Shown one piece after another: positions 57,686 to 64,000 of a DNA stretch of 64,000 bases (positions within the stretch are counted from its first letter, which is position 1; each line of letters begins with the position of its first letter). The DNA is taken from positions 1 through 64,000 of the IMG/VR virus record IMGVR_UViG_3300043438_001944, one strand, 5' to 3'. The stretch is from an uncultured virus (IMG/VR IMGVR_UViG_3300043438_001944) (Duplodnaviria > Heunggongvirae > Uroviricota > Caudoviricetes). A model generated the notes under the pieces. That model did no database searches. It saw only the letters and a program-made list of their open reading frames with translations, and was not told the origin of the DNA. Both the position numbers and the translations under genes were made by a program.

Positions 57686-58473
57686 TTAAATCAAATAAAA
57701 AATACGATAATTTAATAACATTTGGTTGTTCTTTTACTGGTGGACATCTTTTGGGTGAAGAAGGTTCATGGGGTTTTGCACTTTCCAAACTATTAAATTG
57801 TAATCATGTTAATAAAAGTGGGGGTGGGTCAAACACAAATATGGTTTCTAATATCATAAATTATTGTGAAAATAACGACATGACCGATTCTTGTATTGGT
57901 ATTCAATGGAGTGAAGTTACAAGAAGAGAATATTGGGACGATAATAACAATAGATTCAACACATTAGGTTTAGGAACTTTTGATCCCCAACATAAAATCC
58001 TTGAACGAGATAATAGTCATTACGATTCATTAAGTTTTATAAAAAATAATTATTCTTTTTTTGGACCGATGTGGTTTAATCTTTCTGAAAATTTACTAAG
58101 GACTATAATCGCTATGATTAGTATAAAGTCATATTTAAAAAATAAGAATATTGATTTTATAATGTTTGAAGGAATAAACTCAATTAAAACAATAAATAAA
58201 TCGTTTTACCCTGAGAATTATAAAACAGATATTAATCACTATGGGTCATCACAAGGAAACGATTTTAGTTTATTGAGGGATGAGATAAGAATATCACTAT
58301 TAAATGATGACACATTTTATAGTGAATTGGGTGATTGGATGAATGCAATGTATGAACATCCCAACTTTGATACAAAATTAAATGATGGACATCCACATCA
58401 AGAAATAGTTGATTGGTGGGTTGGTAACATATATCAACACATTAAAAATGTTGAGGATAAAAATAATTTTTAA
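57682..58473 (+). CDS. SGNH hydrolase-like protein
   Basis: FGCSFT.G, N..GGGSN, IQWS...RRE, DGHP. Confidence 0.7.
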   Translation: MIKSNKKYDNLITFGCSFTGGHLLGEEGSWGFALSKLLNCNHVNKSGGGSNTNMVSNIINYCENNDMTDSCIGIQWSEVTRREYWDDNNNRFNTLGLGTFDPQHKILERDNSHYDSLSFIKNNYSFFGPMWFNLSENLLRTIIAMISIKSYLKNKNIDFIMFEGINSIKTINKSFYPENYKTDINHYGSSQGNDFSLLRDEIRISLLNDDTFYSELGDWMNAMYEHPNFDTKLNDGHPHQEIVDWWVGNIYQHIKNVEDKNNF

Positions 58474-58540
58474 CATTTTAGGTTTTTAATTTTTTTATTC
58501 TTATATTAGTATAGGTTCTTTGAAATTTTAAAAAAAATAT

Positions 58541-58625
58541 GCCTGGGTGATGAAATGGTATACATGACAGACTTAAAATCTGTTGAGCAGAAACGCTCGT
58601 GCGGGTTCAAGTCCCGCTCCAGGTA
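58541..58625 (+). tRNA. tRNA-Leu(UAA)
   Basis: acaga-cttaaaa-tctgt; long variable arm; A73. Confidence 0.93.
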
Positions 58626-58664
58626 CAACACTATCGTTCTTTGGAAATAAAGGAGAAAATTAAT

Positions 58665-58913
58665 ATGGATATATTATCATTTATTTTAGGAATGTCTATA
58701 GTTGTGGTTATCGCAGTTGCGGTAGTTGCGGTTATAGCCTTTGTTAAAGTTAATAAAACTAACAAAGAAATTAGAGAAGTAGAACAATGTCTCGGAAGAG
58801 AGATTGAAAATCAAAACAGAGAACGTGAAAATGCAATGAACGATGTTTATCGTGTATTGGATTCACGTTTAGATAAACTTGAGAGTAAAATAACAATAAG
58901 CCGTAAGGCATAA
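58665..58913 (+). CDS. Single-TM coiled-coil protein embedded in the tRNA array
   Basis: MDILSFILGMSIVVVIAVAVVAVIAF...; AAGGAG upstream. Confidence 0.7.
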   Translation: MDILSFILGMSIVVVIAVAVVAVIAFVKVNKTNKEIREVEQCLGREIENQNRERENAMNDVYRVLDSRLDKLESKITISRKA

Positions 58914-58953
58914 CGATTAAATAAAAACTTTCAAAGACGATAGTGTTAATTTT

Positions 58954-59027
58954 GGTTTCGTAGCTCAGTTGGATAGAGCAACATCCTTCTAAGATGTGGG
59001 TCTTTGGTTCGAATCCAAACGGGATCA
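58954..59027 (+). tRNA. tRNA-Arg(UCU)
   Basis: acatc-cttctaa-gatgt. Confidence 0.92.
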
Positions 59028-59079
59028 CGTTATCGTTGAAATACACGATAAATGATTTTATCGTTTCAATAAACGATAT

Positions 59080-59153
59080 GGACTTGTAGCTCATTAGGTT
59101 AGAGCGGCACACTCATAATGTGAAGGTAATAGGTTCGATTCCTATCTGGTCCA
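59080..59153 (+). tRNA. tRNA with CAU anticodon (Ile2 or elongator Met)
   Basis: caca-ctcataa-tgtg; acceptor ggacttg/ctggtcc-A. Confidence 0.85.
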
Positions 59154-59349
59154 CTATTTAAAGTATGGGACTCCGATGGAAGTCCACAAGAAGAGCAGAA
59201 GTTTTTCATCCATCATTTATTATCATGGAGACCGCTAAATCGAGTTAGTGAAAATCTACATTCTCCGTGATAATTTCATTCAAAACATCTACCGGTGGTT
59301 CCACACTAAGGTTATGTGAGGTTTCGGCTGATAAAAGGATGTTATATAT

Positions 59350-59497
59350 TGTAGTGTGACGAAACTGGCAAACGTGCCCTCCTGTCTCGGGGGCGGTGAA
59401 AAAGAAATAGGTAAGTAATATGGGGTAGACCACCAGCCGGCCGGCAAAGTGTTACTTACTGAATCTCATCTTGGTGGTTCGAGTCCATCCGCTACAG
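59350..59497 (+). ncRNA. tRNA-like RNA with a ~80-nt variable arm
   Basis: Acceptor tgtagtg/cgctaca-G, D-arm acgaaactggcaaacgt, arm ccctc-ctgtctc-ggggg, T-arm ggtgg-ttcgagt-ccatc, long inserted stem gtaagtaatat/gtgttacttac. Confidence 0.75.
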
Positions 59498-59513
59498 CTA
59501 ATTGTAAATTAAT

Positions 59514-59900
59514 ATGGAAAAACCTGTAATAGTAAACGTACATGAATGTCCCGAATGTAAAATCCCAAAAGGATGGGGAGAAGAAATAATAATTTGTAAT
59601 CACGAATTATATTGTGGTAAATTATTATGTTTTAAACAAGGTGCAAAATTTTCTATGCACTATCACATGATTAAAGATGAAACGTGGTATGTTAATGAAG
59701 GTGAATTCATTTATAGATGGATTGATACAGAAACCGCAGAAGTAATTGAACAAAAATTAAATGTTGGTGACACGGTGAGACAAATGCCAGGACAACCACA
59801 TCAATTGGAGGCACTTACTGATGGAGTTGTTTTTGAAGTATCAACACAACACTTTGATTCTGATTCATATAGAGTATGGAAGGGGGACTCTCAAAAATGA
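59514..59900 (+). CDS. Cupin-fold protein (sugar isomerase-like)
   Basis: PKGWGEE, SMHYH..KDETWYV..G, PGQPH, FEVST.HFDSDSYRV. Confidence 0.85.
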   Translation: MEKPVIVNVHECPECKIPKGWGEEIIICNHELYCGKLLCFKQGAKFSMHYHMIKDETWYVNEGEFIYRWIDTETAEVIEQKLNVGDTVRQMPGQPHQLEALTDGVVFEVSTQHFDSDSYRVWKGDSQK

Positions 59901-60283
59901 AAATTTGGGTAAACGGAACATTCGATGTGATGCACATTGGACATATTAAATTACTTGAACATGCAAGTAGTTTAGGTATTGTTAGAGTTGGTTTAGATAC
60001 TGACGAAAGAATAAAAGAAAAAAAAGGTTTGAAGAGACCTATTAACACATTACAAGATAGAATTGATTTTATGAAATCAATTAAGTATGTTGATAGTGTA
60101 GTTAGTTTTAGTTCAAATGAAGAACTGGAAAATAGAATAGAAGAATGGGATGCCGATATTATGGTTATTGGTGATGATTATAAATATCACGAAATAATTG
60201 GTAGTCATTTAGTTGATAGAGTTTCATTCTTTGATAAAATAAAAAATAAATCGACAACAAAAATTTTAAGTTCATTTTTATAA
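59897..60283 (+). CDS. Cytidylyl/adenylyltransferase (RfaE domain II / TagD-like)
   Basis: NGTFDVMHIGH, KG..RPIN, GDDY, STTKI. Confidence 0.88.
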   Translation: MKIWVNGTFDVMHIGHIKLLEHASSLGIVRVGLDTDERIKEKKGLKRPINTLQDRIDFMKSIKYVDSVVSFSSNEELENRIEEWDADIMVIGDDYKYHEIIGSHLVDRVSFFDKIKNKSTTKILSSFL

Positions 60284-60344
60284 TATAATTTTATTATTTG
60301 GATTTTTTTTATTATATTTTATTATAAATAAAAACATAGATAAT

Positions 60345-60572
60345 ATGAAATGTATTAAATTAATTAAAACAAGTAAGGGTCACGAAATTGGTCAGATTTT
60401 AAGGACCGACGATAACGAAGCGGAATTTAGAGTAAAAGGTGGTAATTGGGCGTTTGCCCCTAAATCAGAATGGAGAGCAACTAAAAGGGGAAAGAAAGAA
60501 GAGGTTGAGATAAGTCATGATATGGGTGGATCCATTGAAGTTAGAAAAGAAAAGAAAAAAAATAAAAAATAA
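60345..60572 (+). CDS. Small basic hypothetical protein
   Basis: 75-aa ORF. Confidence 0.65.
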   Translation: MKCIKLIKTSKGHEIGQILRTDDNEAEFRVKGGNWAFAPKSEWRATKRGKKEEVEISHDMGGSIEVRKEKKKNKK

Positions 60573-60583
60573 TTCATTAATGT

Positions 60584-60642
60584 TTTGTTTTTATAAAAAT
60601 TTTCCTTACCTTTGTAAAAGAAACAAGAAATAGTTCTTTGAA
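60584..60642 (+). promoter_or_regulatory. Bacteroidota promoter followed by a boxA-like element
   Basis: TTTG-N19-TACCTTTG (60607) then GTTCTTTGAA (60633). Confidence 0.65.
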
Positions 60643-60651
60643 TTAAAAATA

Positions 60652-61452
60652 TTGGCCGCCTATGGTCAACAAAATAAACCATGAAAGTGGGATAAAGTGA
60701 TTTCATTTGGTTGAATGAGATTGCGGTTTTAGAAATAGAACTCGAGTAGGCAAGCAAGATATCATTGAACCTTAAGTACTGAGGGTAACACTGTAGGGAA
60801 AGTGGTTTAGTGACCAAGCGATGCAGGTCGTTTGGTTGAGTTCGGAAGAACAATAAGAATAACTTGTAGAATTATTACAAGAAGTAGGACCTCCAATCTT
60901 ACAATTGTGTGATTCAATATAATGGGAATTTTAAAACCGAAAGGTATGGTAGTGTACAAGTGGTGTTGTTACTATCCTTAATTAGACCCTACCAAGGGTT
61001 TAGTTTTGAAGAGGTCCAAAAATATGGAGGCAGGGATGTCTCAGAGAGTAGTTTAGTATCGAGTCGCTCAAAAGGTGGCTTGGCTGGTCGACGAACCACT
61101 ACTTTCCTAATCTGCAAACCAAAAACTTTGTTAATTCAGGTTTAACAACTCATAATTAAAAAGAAAAAGTGTTCGTCAGTCATTGGAGACAGGTGGCTAC
61201 TTAGTCGTGAGGGGTTCACGGCCATAAAGGGACTCAATCCCAATATGATTTTTAAGAAAGTTCTCTAAACCCATAAGGTTTAATTGGGATGGCAATCTCG
61301 AAGAGTAATAAGTATTAAAAGAGTATCTGATGACTTAAGGATTGGTTAATCTAATTGACCGCCGCTGAGGATTACTACTCAAAAGGTAGTGGAAAAGAAT
61401 GGGAAACAATAATCCGTTCAAAAGATTCTCGTTAAGACATGTATTCTCAGTG
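60652..61452 (+). ncRNA. Large ornate ncRNA, GOLLD-like
   Basis: About 800 nt with no credible ORF and visibly higher GC; many short hairpins (cca-tgaaag-tgg, acc-gaaa-ggt, two ctcaaaag-capped stems); own promoter and terminator; lies in a phage tRNA region. Confidence 0.65.
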
Positions 61453-61525
61453 TTTTTTTTTCTTTGTTTACTAAAACAAAGTGGTGGAATTGGAACGTTT
61501 TAAAACCGTTCGGCCCTAAGAAAAC

Positions 61526-61554
61526 CAGTCAGAAGAAATTCTGACTTTTTTTTT
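61526..61554 (+). terminator. Intrinsic terminator
   Basis: agtcagaa-gaaa-ttctgact followed by a T-run. Confidence 0.85.
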
Positions 61555-61586
61555 GCTTTTTAAATAATATTTCGTATATTTCAATT

Positions 61587-62339
61587 ATGAGAATAATCTG
61601 CATATCAGATACACATAGCTTACAACATAACATGTTGCATGAAATACCTAAGGGTGATGTGTTAATTCATGCTGGTGATATCTCAAATAAGGGTGGTGAA
61701 AGAGATGTTACTGAATTCATTCATTGGTTTCAAAATATAGAGGGTTTCGATACTAAAATATTCATTGCAGGTAACCACGATTTTTGTTTTGAGAGAGTTA
61801 ACCAACCACACCATAAAGGTGATTACGATTGGTTACATAACCTAATGTCTTCTGAAAACCTATCTCAATCTGATGTGACTTATTTGGAAGATAGTTTTTT
61901 AACAATTGAAAGTCCTGAGTTTTCTCGACCTATTAAATTTTATGGTAGTCCTTGGCAACCTAATTTTTATGATTGGGCATTTAACTTACCAAGACTGGGT
62001 GATGAAATGAAAGGTAAATGGGAGATGATACCTGACGATACGGACATATTAATTACACACGGACCCCCAAATGAAATTAGAGATTTCGTAAGTAATTGGA
62101 GACAAGGTGATATGAATGTTGGGTGTGAATTGTTAAGATATGAATTAGATAATAGAATTAAACCATTTTTACATGTGTTTGGACATATACACGGAGCGTA
62201 CGGTGCTGTTTACAATAAAGAAACTCTTTATGTTAACGCATCCACATGTACCGAACAGTATATCCCATCAAATAAACCAATCGTTGTTGATTTAAATGAA
62301 GTTGACGGCAAAATAATTGCAACGTATGTCCAAGAATAA
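61587..62339 (+). CDS. Calcineurin-like metallophosphoesterase
   Basis: ISDTH, HAGD, AGNHD, LITHGPP, FGHIH. Confidence 0.92.
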   Translation: MRIICISDTHSLQHNMLHEIPKGDVLIHAGDISNKGGERDVTEFIHWFQNIEGFDTKIFIAGNHDFCFERVNQPHHKGDYDWLHNLMSSENLSQSDVTYLEDSFLTIESPEFSRPIKFYGSPWQPNFYDWAFNLPRLGDEMKGKWEMIPDDTDILITHGPPNEIRDFVSNWRQGDMNVGCELLRYELDNRIKPFLHVFGHIHGAYGAVYNKETLYVNASTCTEQYIPSNKPIVVDLNEVDGKIIATYVQE

Positions 62340-63009
62340 TTTACCTGTAAGTGTTGTGATATCAACACGTAAAATTGATGATGCGTATTTGAAACATGTC
62401 GAAAAAATGTTTTCACATCCCAAAACACAAATACTCATTTATGAGAACGATGGTGTTGAGTCATTAACTCAAATTTATAATATAGGATTAAAAGATTCTG
62501 TAAATGATATTGTTGTTTTTATGCACGATGATCTTATTTTAGAAACTTCTAATATAACACCTAAAATAGTTAAACTATTTGAAAAACATTCAGAGTATGG
62601 AATTATAGGTGTTGCTGGAACTGATAAATTAACAAGTGGGGTTTGGTGGAATAATAGAGAAAATATGTTTGGTGTTGTTGGACATATACACGAAGGTAAG
62701 AGACACGTTAATCATTATTCTAAGAGTGTTTTTAATGACGTTCTTAAAGATGTGGTAGTTGTAGATGGATTATTCATTATGGTCCATAAGAAACGAATTA
62801 AAAGGGAATTTAATGAGGAGTTTGGTGGATTCCATTTTTATGATATATCATTCTGTGTGGATAATATATTAGAAGGAGTTAAAATAGGTCTTACAACTAA
62901 AATTGGTTTAACACATAAATCAATAGGGATACCCAATAAACAATGGGAGAAAAATAAACTGTTTTTTGAGGCGATATATGAAAAATATCTCCCAATTACA
63001 GTCAACTGA
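62326..63009 (+). CDS. Glycosyltransferase family 2-like
   Basis: YNIGL...VVFMHDD, GIIGVAG, VDGLF, FHFYDI.FC. Confidence 0.8.
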   Translation: MSKNNLPVSVVISTRKIDDAYLKHVEKMFSHPKTQILIYENDGVESLTQIYNIGLKDSVNDIVVFMHDDLILETSNITPKIVKLFEKHSEYGIIGVAGTDKLTSGVWWNNRENMFGVVGHIHEGKRHVNHYSKSVFNDVLKDVVVVDGLFIMVHKKRIKREFNEEFGGFHFYDISFCVDNILEGVKIGLTTKIGLTHKSIGIPNKQWEKNKLFFEAIYEKYLPITVN

Positions 63010-63050
63010 TTTTAACATAATAACGGATATTTATATATAAAACTAAAAAC

Positions 63051-63245
63051 ATGAAGAAAATTTTTGAATTAATTAAAAAACTATTAGGTGGTGGCACTTC
63101 CCTTGAAAAAGCGGCACAATTACAAGAATTACAAGTTGAGGTTAAAAAAGAGGTTGAGGTTGTGAAAGAAGTGGTTGCTGAAGCTAAGGAGGTTGTTACT
63201 GCTGTTAAAAAGAAAGCTGGTAGAAAACCATCGGCAAAGAAATAA
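63051..63245 (+). CDS. Small Lys/Glu/Val-rich protein
   Basis: 64 aa after TATTTAT at 63028. Confidence 0.65.
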   Translation: MKKIFELIKKLLGGGTSLEKAAQLQELQVEVKKEVEVVKEVVAEAKEVVTAVKKKAGRKPSAKK

Positions 63246-63281
63246 TATTTTCTTTATTTTTGTGATATTCTAGGGTTAAAA

Positions 63282-63330
63282 TTTGTTTTTTAACCCTTTT
63301 TTCACTATCTTTGTATCATAGTTCTTTAAA
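63282..63330 (+). promoter_or_regulatory. Bacteroidota promoter plus boxA-like element for tmRNA
   Basis: TTTG-N20-TATCTTTG then GTTCTTTAAA. Confidence 0.7.
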
Positions 63331-63334
63331 ATAT

Positions 63335-63726
63335 GGGGGTGCCTGGCATTGATTTCAGGTATCGGGAATAAGTGGCACGTAGTCAGACTTCATCTATGAC
63401 TTAAATCTACGGTGGAAAATTTCAAACGGCAACGTTTACAAAAACATGGAAATTGCAGGTTTACTTGCAACTTCCAACGTAGCAGTAGCCTAAGGCGAAA
63501 CTACAATCGGGTCGACTGGCATATAACCTAGGAACAGAAGCCTTCAAGGTGTAACACCACTTAGAGTGTTGGAGCAAATCTGACGGCTCTTGAAAATCCG
63601 GTTAGGAACAGTATTGATGGTTTCCTGTAATTAACCTTCTATTTGTCTGTTGAGAACCAATAGAATAAACGTGTAGTCATTTATTGTTGAACAGGAAAGA
63701 CACGGGTTCGAGTCCCGTCACCTCCA
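63335..63726 (+). ncRNA. ssrA: tmRNA
   Basis: 5' GGGGGTG pairs with CACCTCC-A (G3:U); T-arm acggg-ttcgagt-cccgt; tag ORF 63428-63493 GNVYKNMEIAGLLATSNVAVA*. Confidence 0.92.
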
Positions 63727-63771
63727 CAAAGCTTCTTAGCCGTAGCTTTTTTGATTAGTAAAGTAAATAGG

Positions 63772-63798
63772 AAACCCTTCAGAAATGAGGGGTTTTTT
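63772..63798 (+). terminator. Intrinsic terminator after tmRNA
   Basis: aaacccttca-gaaa-tgaggggtttttt. Confidence 0.85.
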
Positions 63799-63814
63799 AT
63801 TTGTGGAAAGTCCT

Positions 63815-63915
63815 ATAACGAACAAAAGGTCCGAAGACCCTTTGTCGAGATTAAGAACACCTCCTTTTCGTTTAAATTAATTATTGTTTAATGGCGACCA
63901 AACCGATTAAACTCT
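63815..63915 (-). ncRNA. Candidate small RNA carrying an extended Shine-Dalgarno sequence
   Basis: Minus-strand TATTTAT at 63925-63919, hairpin gtttaat/attaaac, AAAGGAGGTGTTC, then a UUCG-capped hairpin. Confidence 0.45.
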
Positions 63916-64000
63916 TCTATAAATATCAGTCATTTTCCATTTCGAGGTTTCTTCTCAAAACTTTTTTGATAATATTTTCTTGTAATGTTTTTCTATTTAA

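Noticed and set aside
58627..58947. Insertion sequence or MITE defined by the inverted repeat
   Set aside because: No transposase or target-site duplication is visible. The imperfections are G-U compatible or bulged, which favours an RNA stem.
59350..59497. Selenocysteine or suppressor tRNA, or tRNA with a group I intron
   Set aside because: The anticodon position reads GUC, not UCA or CUA. The insert is in the variable region and far too short for a group I intron.
60515..61145. ORFs 60515-60853 (-) and 60909-61145 (+)
   Set aside because: Atypical composition, non-ATG starts and overlap with the structured large ncRNA.
63855..63867. rRNA gene fragment
   Set aside because: Only 13 nt resemble the 16S tail; the flanks do not resemble helix 45 or any rRNA.

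Overview
This is an AT-rich segment of a large T4-like (jumbo-type) bacteriophage using the standard genetic code. The host is most likely Bacteroidota, judging from TTTG-N19/20-TAnnTTTG promoters, Bacteroidota-style lipoproteins and a phage bS21. 1-19.2 kb: probable virion proteins, three glycosyltransferases, dUTPase, PhoH, a gp55-like late sigma factor and a gp5-like baseplate hub. 19.2-35 kb (mostly minus strand): the head module (major capsid, scaffold, prohead protease, portal, large terminase) with an opposite-strand bS21, plus a nucleotidyltransferase, KTSC protein and Hsp20. 35-40.5 kb: a ClpC-like ATPase and an RNA-repair trio. 40.5-52 kb: an unusual cluster of about 14 minus-strand genes for exported proteins (CsgG-like, beta-barrel-like, cohesin/dockerin, C-type lectin, T9SS-CTD-like lipoproteins). 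52-64 kb: an RNA-rich region with 12 tRNAs, a tRNA-like RNA with a giant variable arm, several unexplained structured spacers, a ~800-nt GOLLD-like RNA, a tmRNA and a small element matching the Bacteroidota 16S rRNA 3' tail. All protein family calls come from motif recognition by eye; no database searches were run.
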